NCBI GenBank assembly: GCA_013152925.1
Contig: JAADFK010000085.1
Span: forward strand, 1,448 to 65,447
Direction of reading: 5' to 3'
DNA: 64,000 nucleotides
Origin: Acidobacteriota bacterium
GTDB lineage: Bacteria > Acidobacteriota > Thermoanaerobaculia > Thermoanaerobaculales > Sulfomarinibacteraceae
Shown: positions 31,474-41,093 of the stretch, piece after piece
Position numbering within the stretch: the stretch's first letter is position 1
Layout: each line of letters starts with the position of its first letter
The notes under the pieces: generated by a model
Told to the model about the DNA's origin: nothing
Seen by the model: the letters and a program-made list of their open reading frames with translations, nothing else
Database searches by the model: none
Translations under genes and position numbers: made by a program

Positions 31474-33299
31474 CGACCTCCATACAGTTGTCGCACAGCT
31501 CGTTCGTAAAGCACCGCCACATCGTTCCCCTGCTCAGAGAAAGGATCGGGAAGGGTACTCTGCTGCGCCAGGCTCGGCCGTTCACGAAGGGCCTGAACAA
31601 TCCGCCGGAACAGCCGTTCCCTGATCTTGGGATCGTTGATCTGTCCCTCATCCGTCACGATCCGGCCACATTCGGCGAGCGCCCGGTACAGACGAACCTC
31701 TGGATCCCTGGCACACGGGGGAGCTACATTCCTCAGGTACTGCTCGGCGGGACGGAAGTCGTAGTTCTCGAAATGTTGCGTTACCTTCGCCTTGATCCTC
31801 TGCAATCGTCGTTGGGTACATCCCATCGTCAGCGTGCGCGTCGGCGTGCGGGTCGGGGTCGGTGTGCGCGTTGGCCTGCGGGTCGGCACGCGCGTCGGGG
31901 TAACAATCGGCACCACCGTCACACGCGGTGATGTCACAACAACTGCCGTCGATCGCTCGGTTGGTGAAGGTGCCCGCATTCTGGTCAACACCGGTGTTGG
32001 CGTGCGCGTCCATGTGGGGGTCCGGGTCGGGCGGGGACTCGGTGTTGCCGTTGGTGTTCGGGTTAGTGTCGGCATACGGGTTGGTGTCCATGTGGGTGTC
32101 GGTGTTTCCGTGGGACGTGAGGTCCGCGTCGGGGACGGTGTCGACGTCCGGATTGGTGTCAGTGTTTCCGTGGGGCGAGGACTCGGCGTCGGTGTCTCGG
32201 AGGGCACCACAGTCGGCGAGGCCATCGGACTCGGTACTGTCCGCCGGAATACATCAGGATGGACCTGCCAGTCGCCCGGAAACTCGCCCGCAGCAGTGAG
32301 AATGACACTCCGGATTCTCAGGTGGAGAGAGGTCGCCACACCCTCCGGCCAGCTTATCGTCGCTGCTGTCGTGTTCTTGAAATGACGCGTGAGTACGGGA
32401 TGGTCAAACCTCGAAGATTGTGCGAGCTCAACCTCGTAGCGCGTGCCCTTGAACCAGTCCGGCGATCCGTTTGGCCGACACGATGCCCAAGAGAGGTGGA
32501 GTTGCCCCCCATCGACTCGAACGTCCGGAAAACCGGGGCACCGTCTCAACACTCGGATATCCTGGGCGATCAGGCCCGCCTCTGCCTTTTTGAAGGTCTC
32601 CTGCACGCTGTCAAGCCCACATCTGCTTGCAGCCGAAGCCAGCATTCCCGCCCGTTCGGGGCTCAATTCCGGGCATTCACGTTCGAGCTCGTCGAGCGTC
32701 TTCCCACCGGTAGCCTGGAGTCGTTTTCGGAGCTCCGCGCAGTCCGCCCGGGGATTCACGGCACACCACGAGAGTTTCTTTTCCAGCTCCTGAAACCGCG
32801 GGCTCACCGTGGCGACCCCATAGCTGCGGGACGTCGCCAGGGCCTCCCTGGCCTCATCGACCCGCCCCAGGCACAGGAGCACCTCCGCCTTCCACAGGTA
32901 GGGAAAGTAGTAATACCTAGCCTTGCCCTTGTGCCCCTCGACGTTCAGTGCGATGTAACTGTTGAGGTAACCCTTCGTGACTGGCTGGCCATGCTTCGCG
33001 ATCGTTTTTTCGATGAGGTTTATCGCTTTCGCGCACTGCCTGGGTTCCTCTGGAGGCCATCCTTCCCCCGCGATTTTGGCGAGGTCAATCAGGTAGTCCC
33101 GGCAAGGCGAAAGGTCCACCCCTTTCGATTTTTCCTTGGCCGCGACGGCCGGCGCCATGAGCAGCAGGACCAGGAGCACGAGCACGGCACTCCGGACGCA
33201 CCCCAACCTACGCGGCCCGCCGGCCGCTGGCCAGAGTGTCTGCCCTCGGCTCACACCGGGCACGTGGCCTCCAATCGATGATCGCAACACCCCGCACAC
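31470..33299 (-). CDS. Secreted protein: TPR-like N-domain, FN3-like domain, ~135-aa PT linker, small C-terminal domain
   Basis: 609 aa with signal peptide (...VLVLLVLLLMAPAVAAKE). FN3-like segment LHLSWASC...YEVELAQ...LHLRIRSV. PT-rich stretch at aa 355-491. Confidence 0.7.
   Translation of the reverse strand: MCGVLRSSIGGHVPGVSRGQTLWPAAGGPRRLGCVRSAVLVLLVLLLMAPAVAAKEKSKGVDLSPCRDYLIDLAKIAGEGWPPEEPRQCAKAINLIEKTIAKHGQPVTKGYLNSYIALNVEGHKGKARYYYFPYLWKAEVLLCLGRVDEAREALATSRSYGVATVSPRFQELEKKLSWCAVNPRADCAELRKRLQATGGKTLDELERECPELSPERAGMLASAASRCGLDSVQETFKKAEAGLIAQDIRVLRRCPGFPDVRVDGGQLHLSWASCRPNGSPDWFKGTRYEVELAQSSRFDHPVLTRHFKNTTAATISWPEGVATSLHLRIRSVILTAAGEFPGDWQVHPDVFRRTVPSPMASPTVVPSETPTPSPRPTETLTPIRTSTPSPTRTSRPTETPTPTWTPTRMPTLTRTPTATPSPRPTRTPTWTRTPTPVLTRMRAPSPTERSTAVVVTSPRVTVVPIVTPTRVPTRRPTRTPTPTRTPTRTLTMGCTQRRLQRIKAKVTQHFENYDFRPAEQYLRNVAPPCARDPEVRLYRALAECGRIVTDEGQINDPKIRERLFRRIVQALRERPSLAQQSTLPDPFSEQGNDVAVLYERAVRQLYGGR
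31827..32237 (-). repeat. Pro/Thr-rich low-complexity linker (coding)
   Basis: ...[68 protein letters not shown]... Coordinates come from codon arithmetic. Confidence 0.9.
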
Positions 33300-33355
33300 T
33301 CATGGGAAGCTTCCTGCTTCCCGGCTCATCTCTCACAGGCAGCTTGAGCTGCCAA

Positions 33356-35023
33356 TCAGAAGATGTAACTGAAATTCAGCAGCATCCGGAGCGAGGACTG
33401 GGAAAAATCACTCCCCGATGAGCCATAGTCCAGCTTGACCCGGTAATACTGCTGTCCCGCGAAGGTGCGGAGGTCATAGTACACATCTCCGGAGCCCAGG
33501 CCCTGGTCCATCGACTCGTAGACGATCGCAAAATCCAGCATCCAGTGGGGCAGACGGTACAGGCCGATCCCCGCTGTGTAACCGGTCACGTTCATGGAAT
33601 GGCCCACACCAGGCAGGTTCCGATAGGCGTCTTCTGTGAAGAAGCCCAGACGAATCGGCAGATCGAAGCCGTTCCCGATGCTCAACAGGTATTCACCGCC
33701 AACCCGGAAAACGTTGCCGTCGAACTGCTCGTATCCCTGTGTGGTTCCCTGAACGTCGTTGCCGGTCTCCGACGGCTGAATTGGCCGAGAGTCCTGGAGC
33801 ACCATCAACGAGGGGAACGTCAGCACGACACTGCCGTCCGCACTCTTGAGCGTGGCGCCGCCCCAGGAGGTGTGGGTCCAGTCCGCGGTCACGACCCACC
33901 CAAACGCCGGTTGCCAGGCCACTCCGATACCGTAGGCATCCGGATAGTCCGCCTTGCCACCATTGAAGTCGTACAGATTCCGTACCATTCCCTCCGGTAC
34001 CCCCGCTTGCTTGCATCCTCCCCACGTGACACCATCGGGCGAACCCTGCTCCCCCTGAAGGTTGTCGATGCAACCGTTGGTATCCAGGGAAAACGATGGT
34101 TTGTAGACCAATCCGATACGCCACCCCTTGGGCAGCTTGAAGAGTGCTCCCAAACTGAGAGACCAGCCGCTGAAATCGAGGTTGAGAAACCGTTGACTGA
34201 AGGGCTCAACGATCTCGGGAGAAGGCATATTGCCGCTCGTATCGAGACGCCCGAAGGTGCCATGTTCATACAGCAGGTCTGAGCCATCCAGGGAGCCATC
34301 CCAGCGAGAAATGCTCATGCCGAAAAAGACCGTCTCCTTCCAACTGGCGGCCGCCGTCAGAGAGATCGTCGAGAGATCCCCCGAATGATGCTGGGCAGCG
34401 CGACCGCTATCGATGAGGAAGCGGCTGTGACTGATGGGCTCGACATTTCCCAAGCCAGGGTTGTCGTTGTACACATGATAATCAACCGTCACGTGGCCCA
34501 GATTCTGGCTCAAGTCCTGATTGAAAACGAGGTTCTTGAAGTATGAAAGCTCAAATCCAAGGCGCCAGTTATCAGATACACGCATAGGATAGGCACCGGC
34601 AAAGTAGTCCAGGTGTGTCTCCGAGTCCGAAGGATTGAAGCGGAAGGGCTGATTTCGATCCACTTGCATGTCAAACCAGCTTCCAGAGACGTCGGACACA
34701 CCGTGAAGTACAGAGGTCTGGTCAGCGTCCAGAGAACCGTAGGCCAGACCAGCACTGACCGTGGGCGCCGCCTGCTGGGCCAATCCAGCTGGATTCCACG
34801 AGGCCGCCGTCAGGTCATCCGCCAGGGCTATATATGCACCGCCCATGCCGAGGGCCCGGGCGCCGAAGCCGCGGTACCGGGTGTAGCCCAGGTTGCCGAG
34901 CTGCGTCTGACTGATGGCCACGAAGGCTCCAGGGTTACCCGCATACTGTGCCCATGCCGGAAGGGCCATCCCGAGCCCCGCCACGAGCGCCACCACGATT
35001 ACCGTTCTCCTGTTCATCATCAT
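33356..35023 (-). CDS. Outer-membrane beta-barrel protein, FadL/OmpP1/TodX-like (or PorV-like)
   Basis: Signal peptide MMMNRRTVIVVALVAGLGMALPAWAQ. N-terminal ARALGMGGAYIALADDLTAASWNPAGLA motif (NPA hatch-type). Alternating beta pattern. C-terminal ...LLNFSYIF with terminal Phe (OMP beta-signal). Confidence 0.65.
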   Translation of the reverse strand: MMMNRRTVIVVALVAGLGMALPAWAQYAGNPGAFVAISQTQLGNLGYTRYRGFGARALGMGGAYIALADDLTAASWNPAGLAQQAAPTVSAGLAYGSLDADQTSVLHGVSDVSGSWFDMQVDRNQPFRFNPSDSETHLDYFAGAYPMRVSDNWRLGFELSYFKNLVFNQDLSQNLGHVTVDYHVYNDNPGLGNVEPISHSRFLIDSGRAAQHHSGDLSTISLTAAASWKETVFFGMSISRWDGSLDGSDLLYEHGTFGRLDTSGNMPSPEIVEPFSQRFLNLDFSGWSLSLGALFKLPKGWRIGLVYKPSFSLDTNGCIDNLQGEQGSPDGVTWGGCKQAGVPEGMVRNLYDFNGGKADYPDAYGIGVAWQPAFGWVVTADWTHTSWGGATLKSADGSVVLTFPSLMVLQDSRPIQPSETGNDVQGTTQGYEQFDGNVFRVGGEYLLSIGNGFDLPIRLGFFTEDAYRNLPGVGHSMNVTGYTAGIGLYRLPHWMLDFAIVYESMDQGLGSGDVYYDLRTFAGQQYYRVKLDYGSSGSDFSQSSLRMLLNFSYIF

Positions 35024-35045
35024 CTCCTCCTTTTTCTCGATCCCG

Positions 35046-37031
35046 TCAATCCGTTCCGGTTCCCGTTCCCAGAAGCTTGATCCTCAACTGGTGACCCGGA
35101 AGGTTCGTTTGTTTGCGGACTTCCTGACCCTCCGCGATCCTTTTGAGCTCATATTCCGTAAGGTTGAGCTCCTCTCTCCGTTCCGTCATCGACCCGCTGT
35201 CGAGCTGTTGCCCCCCGCGGCGGACCCACACCGTGTTCATCCCCGCCTTGAGGCAGCTACCGTCCAGCTTTTCAAAGGACTTCCTCAGCTTCCGACCGCG
35301 CACGGAGCGGTCGACGCCGTTGATCGACACGAGCTTCCATCCGCCCGTACTGATGACGCGAACTGTCCGTCCGGCAAGCAGCGTGCTCGGGACTACAGGT
35401 GGCACGGACTCCTGGGTCGGGACCACTTCTTGCGCGATCATGGGAGTCGGCGGCGTTGTCGGACTCGGCGTTGCCGTGGGCGCCTCCGGCACAGGGGTAT
35501 CGGTTGGTACGGGCCTGAAGGTCGCGACGGGCCGTGGGGTGGCGAACCAGACATCTTTCCGCTCCCGCCCTCGGTACGTCGCAGGTGACGGTACCGGTGA
35601 AAACCCCACCGCCACAGCCGCAGGTGTTGGTGTCCGCAGAGGTTCCTGCCCGGATTGTAGACGCCCCGTCATCAAGAAGATCACCAACACAGCGACCATG
35701 GCCATCGCCGCCAGGCCGCCGGCGGTGAAGAGGACACGCCGATCGAGGCCCGGCCGGAGGACCTCCACCGTGACCTCTGGACTCCAGGCTCCGCGCAAAC
35801 CCTCGTTGACAGCCCGAACATGGAGGCGATACGACCCGACCTGCTCAAGAAAGAGAAGATGAGGGCAGCTCCTCGTGGGCATGGTCCGGGGCCTGATGTC
35901 TCCCGGTCCCAACACGGCCAGCTCGTACTCCTCGCCTGGCATGGCCGGACTCCACCTGACGAGGACTTCACCGCCGGGAGAAACCGTTTCCGGCTCAACC
36001 TCCAGGGTGTCCACGCGGGTCACCAGGACGGGTTCGGCCACAGCCAGAGCCTCCTCTTCCAGGCTCAGCTGCAAGAGAGGATCGGCACCATCCCATGGCT
36101 TTGGAATGCCGTTCTCTCCACCAACTTCAGCAAGGACGTCCGCCGCCCACTTCTCCATGGCCGCCATGTCGGCCATGCCAACACTCCGCAAGGCGGCCAC
36201 GAGGCGTTTACCGAAGGCCATCACCGTCGGAGGACGCTTCGCAGGATCATGGCGCATGCCTCCGAGAACGACGGACTCCACTTCGAGGGGAATCGCCGGC
36301 ATCACCGAGCGCAATGTCGGGATCCCACGAGCGTGAACAGCATCGATCGCCGCGCGAGTCTCGTCGATATTCGCCTGCTCGATGCGGTACGGCCGCCTGC
36401 CTGTCAGGAGCACGTAGATCACGACCGCCAGGGAATAGACCTCGGCCCTCTGGTCGTACACTGGCCGGCTTGCAACAAGCTCCGGCGCAGCATAACCAGC
36501 ACTGATTGGTAACGCGAAGCGCGTGCCCGCATGGGTGTTCATCCAGTGCAGCGCGGCCACACCGAAATCCACCAGATAGAGATTGCCATGGGGCGTCAAC
36601 AGCAGGTTCGCCAGCTTGAGATCAAGATGAAGAAACCCCCTACGATGGATCTCCACCACGGCTCCCACGAGCTCCGTGACCAGCCGCGAACGAACATCCA
36701 TCGGGGCGGTCCCCCAGCGATCCATCAACCGGTCGAGACTGAGGCCGGGCACGAAATCCATGACAAAGGCGTGATACTCCCGGAGATAGGCGTAGATATG
36801 GGGAATGGAGGGGTGGCTCGTGGAGCTCAGGATCCACGCCTCGGCCTGATGCGCCGTGGCCAGGTGCGCTTGCCGTGCCTTCTCCTCCCGAAGCTCCTTC
36901 CAGGCCAGCTGCCGTCCCTGGTCCGGCTCCAACGCCTGCCGGACGATGGCATACCCGCCCCGCCCGATCTCGGGTCCAACCAGCAGCCGTCCGATCACTC
37001 CCCAACTCCAACGCGCATTGGAGACAACCAA
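35046..37031 (-). CDS. Membrane Ser/Thr protein kinase with PT linker and periplasmic C-terminal domain
   Basis: Hanks motifs: GRGGYAIV, LAWK, HLDLKLANLLL, DFGVA, GYAAPE. FN3-like segment at aa 340-425. TM helix VLFTAGGLAAMAMVAVLVIFLMTG. P/T-rich linker, then a ~110-aa C-terminal domain. Confidence 0.88.
   Translation of the reverse strand: MVVSNARWSWGVIGRLLVGPEIGRGGYAIVRQALEPDQGRQLAWKELREEKARQAHLATAHQAEAWILSSTSHPSIPHIYAYLREYHAFVMDFVPGLSLDRLMDRWGTAPMDVRSRLVTELVGAVVEIHRRGFLHLDLKLANLLLTPHGNLYLVDFGVAALHWMNTHAGTRFALPISAGYAAPELVASRPVYDQRAEVYSLAVVIYVLLTGRRPYRIEQANIDETRAAIDAVHARGIPTLRSVMPAIPLEVESVVLGGMRHDPAKRPPTVMAFGKRLVAALRSVGMADMAAMEKWAADVLAEVGGENGIPKPWDGADPLLQLSLEEEALAVAEPVLVTRVDTLEVEPETVSPGGEVLVRWSPAMPGEEYELAVLGPGDIRPRTMPTRSCPHLLFLEQVGSYRLHVRAVNEGLRGAWSPEVTVEVLRPGLDRRVLFTAGGLAAMAMVAVLVIFLMTGRLQSGQEPLRTPTPAAVAVGFSPVPSPATYRGRERKDVWFATPRPVATFRPVPTDTPVPEAPTATPSPTTPPTPMIAQEVVPTQESVPPVVPSTLLAGRTVRVISTGGWKLVSINGVDRSVRGRKLRKSFEKLDGSCLKAGMNTVWVRRGGQQLDSGSMTERREELNLTEYELKRIAEGQEVRKQTNLPGHQLRIKLLGTGTGTD
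35385..35639 (-). repeat. Pro/Thr-rich low-complexity linker (coding)
   Basis: ...RTPTPAAVAVGFSPVPSPAT...PVPTDTPVPEAPTATPSPTTPPTP...VPPVVPS. Confidence 0.8.
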
Positions 37032-37071
37032 CTCGGTAAGACACTAGGCATCCATAATTCTCCCCGTACAC

Positions 37072-38727
37072 TCATTCGGACACCTTCTTCACCACCAAGA
37101 GAACCGGAAGATTCCACGTACGGGTACCGAAGATGCCGAGATCTTCAAGTACAGTTCCCAGCGTTGCCTTTGCCTTCTTATTTATTCCCGAAAGCTTCTC
37201 CGGGTCGAAACATTCTCCACGTGAGTTCGTGCTCGCAAAACCACCCCAATGGTACTTCTTGGTTCCCCGAAGCCAGGAGCTCAGTCGCGAATCCGCCACG
37301 CACACGGCGAAGTGAGGCTTCGCCGCCGAGGCGTTCAACACCGTCCTGGCCGCTCTTCCCAGCTCGTCGAGCGAAACCTCATCGACGCTGGGCTTACCCG
37401 CTTGCTTCCATTTCTTCCCAGCCTTCGCATACGACACGGTAATCCGGATCGCTTTCTCCCCCTCGCCCACGTGCCGGCCCCGGGATCCGGCGGCCGCGCC
37501 GGCCTGTCCGCCAGCCGCCGCGCCCCCGCCGTTTGTCGAATTGTTCTCGGTCCGCCCCGCCGTCGTCTCAGGCGCTGGCTCTCGCGTTGGCGTCGGCGTG
37601 GCCGTGGGTGGCGGCGTCGAGGTTGGTATCCGCGTCGGCGTCCACGTCGCTGTCGGGGTCGGCGTCGGTGTGGCCGTCGGCGTTGGTGTTGGCGTCGCCC
37701 AACTCCAGACCATGGCGGCGAAGCGGAGGGAGGCAAGCCCTCGGTTGCGCCACTTCTCCTCCACCGTGTTCCAGGGGGAGCCCTCCCCCCCCTGCTGCAA
37801 TCCCAAGTGCAGGTGGTAAAGATCATTGACGTTGTTCGCCACGCAACTGTCCAGCGGTTGTTTGGCGCACTCCTGATTGATCTGCTCCGCCCGGAGGCGG
37901 AGGTAGGCCACGCGGGGGTCGGCCAGCTGTTCGCCGATCTCCACCCCGGTCTCGTAGAGGTGCTGGATGTACGCCGCCGAGCAGTAGTCGGCCAGCAGGT
38001 ACCACCGGAGCCTGAGGGAGATGGACGGTGACCACAGCCAGAAGGTGTGCAACGGCTCGTCCCAAAGCTCGAGACAGGTCGGCTCCGATCCGCCCTCCTT
38101 CTTGGTGAACGTCCCCTTCTCGATCTCCCGCACCACCTGCTGCTCAAAGAGCCCGAGATCGAGAAGCCGCACCTTCATGGAATCCTCGCAAACGGCCCCC
38201 TCCTGTTCACTCAAACCCAGCACCACCTGCAACGTGAGCTCGGCCCGGTGCCCCCGCCGACCGGCAAAGAGGAGCTTCGGCAACGGACCGATGGCAACGG
38301 CCACACGGTCCGTGCCGTCGCCATCCCGCGCACAATCGGTCTCTCCGGCGGGAAAACGGACCTTGTTCCAGACCATCTTTCCCTGCCATTCCCCAGCCGC
38401 CGAGCTCCAGAAGACCCCCCCCCCCCTCTCATCGGCCTCATCGTCCCGGAGCTTCCATCTCAGCCCCAGCCTCGCCCCCTCGAGTCCTTGCCGGCCAGCC
38501 TCCACACCGACCGTGGATCCCGTGGCAAGGAGCACCTTCTTCGGACCTCCACGGGCGCCGAAGGTCCGCAGCACCGCCCCGTCCACCAGCAGCCGTGCCC
38601 CCGCATCGCGCAGGATTTCGCGCCCGCTCCGGTGCTGCACCGGCCCATCCGCGGCTCTCGTCCGCGCCGGTGCCACCAGGACCACCAGGCCCACCAGGAT
38701 CGCCACGAGAGGTGCTCTGCGGATCAT
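37072..38727 (-). CDS. Secreted protein with PT linker (unknown function), contains G12 and G8 tracts
   Basis: Start ATG 38727 ([25 protein letters not shown] signal) forms an ATGA overlap with the PP2C stop. PT linker at aa 355-400 of the long ORF. No motif recognised in the flanking domains. Confidence 0.7.
   Translation of the reverse strand: MIRRAPLVAILVGLVVLVAPARTRAADGPVQHRSGREILRDAGARLLVDGAVLRTFGARGGPKKVLLATGSTVGVEAGRQGLEGARLGLRWKLRDDEADERGGGVFWSSAAGEWQGKMVWNKVRFPAGETDCARDGDGTDRVAVAIGPLPKLLFAGRRGHRAELTLQVVLGLSEQEGAVCEDSMKVRLLDLGLFEQQVVREIEKGTFTKKEGGSEPTCLELWDEPLHTFWLWSPSISLRLRWYLLADYCSAAYIQHLYETGVEIGEQLADPRVAYLRLRAEQINQECAKQPLDSCVANNVNDLYHLHLGLQQGGEGSPWNTVEEKWRNRGLASLRFAAMVWSWATPTPTPTATPTPTPTATWTPTRIPTSTPPPTATPTPTREPAPETTAGRTENNSTNGGGAAAGGQAGAAAGSRGRHVGEGEKAIRITVSYAKAGKKWKQAGKPSVDEVSLDELGRAARTVLNASAAKPHFAVCVADSRLSSWLRGTKKYHWGGFASTNSRGECFDPEKLSGINKKAKATLGTVLEDLGIFGTRTWNLPVLLVVKKVSE
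37561..37698 (-). repeat. Pro/Thr-rich low-complexity linker (coding)
   Basis: [46 protein letters not shown]. Confidence 0.9.
38415..38426 (-). repeat. Homopolymeric G12 tract (C12 on + strand) inside the CDS
   Basis: The plus strand reads aagaCCCCCCCCCCCCtctc. The coding strand reads GAG AGG GGG GGG GGG GTC (ERGGGV). Confidence 0.9.
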
Positions 38728-41039
38728 TGCGTGTTGCCTCCCGAGGTTCGCTCCGGACAACCCAGAACTTGAGCCTTGTGATCCTTATCCTTGAGCCATC
38801 CCGTATTCACCATGTAGCTGTCGCCGAAGGGGGCGAGGAGGCTTGGTTTACCATCGCCGGACATCAACTCACCATGCTTCGTCCCGATGAAGTCACCGAG
38901 TTTTTGGTTTTTCCCCCTAGCGGAGCACTGTGCTTTCAGGAGATTCTTGATTTTTTCCAACTCCGACGTGTTCCCTTGGACATAGGTACAGAGGAGCGAT
39001 TTCAGAGCGTCGTACTGGACCCCGCACGCCGGGGTAGTTGTGTTGTCCTGATCGCCAGCGAGAGAGGTACCCACTTCGGTCGGCGTGACGGTCACCGTCG
39101 GCGTGGCCGTTGGTGTCGATGTGCTTGTCGGCGGCCGCGTCGGCGTCCTCGTCGGTTTCGGGGTGGCAGTCGGCCCCGCGGGCGTGGGGGTTGGGGTCCT
39201 CGTCGGTCTCGGTGTGGCGGTCCTCGTTGGGGTCTGTGTGACGGTCGGCGTGGCGGTGGCGGTCGGCGTGGGGGTCGGGGTGGGCTCGAGCTTGTGGAGC
39301 GCCTGACCGATCAGCGCAAGCTGACCGGTTTTGAAGCCCTGCGCCCCAAGGCCTTTCCTGATGGCCTTCCAGTAGTCGGTCTTGTCGCCGCCCGGCTCGC
39401 TCTCGTTGTCGTAGGCGCCGTCGTTTCCGATCCAGCGGACCACGGTGCGGGCGCGATCTTCGGCGGTCTCCTTTGTTCCCAGCACGTTCTTCATGGCGGC
39501 GAAGAGCCCTGCACAGGGGTCCGCCGGAGACGTCGGGGATGCCGCGGGGGATGCCGCTCCCCCGTTGGCTTTGGCATGGGCCTTCACACCATCGCTGTTG
39601 GCGGTCCCAACTTGCGGAGCGCCAGCGGGCGTGAGGGTCCCGTCCTTCGGGTGCCCACATCCGAGGATGGCGTAGCGTCGGAGCCAAAGGTCGTCAGGAT
39701 TCCCGAGATCGGCACTGAGCTTCGCAAGGTCTTCCTTTCCGACCTTCCTCTTGGCAGCCTGCTTCTTGTTGGCGAATTGGGCGAAGTGGACCAGGTACGC
39801 ATCACGGCACTCGCCGAGCAGCTTCTGTTCCGCCTCGGCGTAGGTGCCGGTTAGCTGGCCTTGTAGCTCGTTCTGGGCGAGCAGCTCGCACTCTCCATCG
39901 TAGGGCCAATGGTCAAGGTCCTTTTTCACCCTCTGCTGTTCTTCCTTCACGAAATCGTGCTGTGCGGGCCGATGGATCCATCGCAACGCGCCGTAAACGG
40001 CGGCCAGGAGGGCGATGAGCGCAAGTATGCCGGCGAGGAGAACCCTCCCAGGAATCGGCCGCGGCGGCGGCTGGGGCGCCTGGCGAGCCATGGGAGGAGG
40101 CGATGATGGGGGAGGCGGCGGACCCGGCGGGATCCGGCCGGCCGGACCCGGTGGCACGGGGGGCCCAGCATCCTGAGCCGTCTCCGGACGCCCCTGGGGA
40201 TGCCCCGTCTGCTCGTCAAGGCCCTGGCTGGCCCGTGATGGTACGCTCCGGACATAGGCCAGCACCACGGCGATGTTATCGGTCGAGCCGCTCTGCCGGC
40301 TTCGTGGTTCCACGGCCTCCACAAGTTGGCGGCTGGCGTTGCTGACGATCCGGCGAAGCGTTGCCGTGCTTGCCCGCTCATCAGTATCACCGAGCTGACG
40401 GATGTTCGCACTGATTCCCCGAAGTAGCTCCGTGGTTTTCGCGAGCGTACGGTCTCGCTTGTACAAACCATCCGTGCAGAGGAGAAAGATATCACCCGTC
40501 TCCACACCCGTTACGACCTTGTAGTTGGGACCGTGCGACCTCAACCCCCCAATGGCACTCGTGATGGCGCCACCACCCTCGGCCTGCGCATCATCGTCGG
40601 TCAATTGCTCGAGACGACCCCCACGGTACCGGTAACAGCGGCTGTCCCCAGCCCAGGAGAGCTCGACGCCATACCGACTGGCAGCCAGCGCCACCACGGT
40701 CGTCTTCATTCCGGAGAGCTCGAGACCCTTCCCGGACCGGCCAAGACCGGGCCTCGCGTCCTCACCCCGGAACAACACCAGCGAGCCGTCAGCTATCTCA
40801 ACGGCCCGGCAAAGCCGGTCCTCCAGTTTTCGCCCGGCGGAGAGTTGCACGAAGGTCTCGATCTGCTGCGTCGTCAACATCGCGGCGATTTCGCCACCGC
40901 CCCCGGTGCTCACGCCGTCGCAGACCACGGCGAGGCCGAGACCTTCGTTGACGAGGAATGCGTCCTGGTTGGGCTCCTTCAAACCTGGGTCGGTCCACCC
41001 TCCCAGGATCAGCTCAACCCTGCCCATCGATCCCCACAT
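38724..41039 (-). CDS. Membrane PP2C-family Ser/Thr phosphatase with Pro-rich segment, TM helix, periplasmic domain, PT linker and Cys-containing C-terminal domain
   Basis: PP2C motifs: [47 protein letters not shown] helix [22 protein letters not shown] linker at aa 585-655. Alternative start M5 at 41027. Confidence 0.85.
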   Translation of the reverse strand: MWGSMGRVELILGGWTDPGLKEPNQDAFLVNEGLGLAVVCDGVSTGGGGEIAAMLTTQQIETFVQLSAGRKLEDRLCRAVEIADGSLVLFRGEDARPGLGRSGKGLELSGMKTTVVALAASRYGVELSWAGDSRCYRYRGGRLEQLTDDDAQAEGGGAITSAIGGLRSHGPNYKVVTGVETGDIFLLCTDGLYKRDRTLAKTTELLRGISANIRQLGDTDERASTATLRRIVSNASRQLVEAVEPRSRQSGSTDNIAVVLAYVRSVPSRASQGLDEQTGHPQGRPETAQDAGPPVPPGPAGRIPPGPPPPPSSPPPMARQAPQPPPRPIPGRVLLAGILALIALLAAVYGALRWIHRPAQHDFVKEEQQRVKKDLDHWPYDGECELLAQNELQGQLTGTYAEAEQKLLGECRDAYLVHFAQFANKKQAAKRKVGKEDLAKLSADLGNPDDLWLRRYAILGCGHPKDGTLTPAGAPQVGTANSDGVKAHAKANGGAASPAASPTSPADPCAGLFAAMKNVLGTKETAEDRARTVVRWIGNDGAYDNESEPGGDKTDYWKAIRKGLGAQGFKTGQLALIGQALHKLEPTPTPTPTATATPTVTQTPTRTATPRPTRTPTPTPAGPTATPKPTRTPTRPPTSTSTPTATPTVTVTPTEVGTSLAGDQDNTTTPACGVQYDALKSLLCTYVQGNTSELEKIKNLLKAQCSARGKNQKLGDFIGTKHGELMSGDGKPSLLAPFGDSYMVNTGWLKDKDHKAQVLGCPERTSGGNTQ
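39075..39287 (-). repeat. Pro/Thr-rich low-complexity linker (coding)
   Basis: [71 protein letters not shown]. Confidence 0.9.
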
Positions 41040-41093
41040 GTCGCGACCTCCCTGGGAAACCGTTCAGTACTTTCCGCCCGGCGTTCCACCGGC

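Noticed and set aside
31792-32385. Val/Gly-repeat ORFs (VGVRVGVGV...) here and at 37541..37819 and 39085..39306
   Set aside because: They are the reverse-complement reading of the Pro/Thr linker codons of real minus-strand genes, not independent genes.
33300-33355. Sigma-54-like TGGCAG-CTCAA-GCTGC (minus strand) upstream of the 609-aa gene's neighbour
   Set aside because: The GG-to-GC spacing is off by one and the -12 element is not TTGC. It also lies inside a tightly packed operon.
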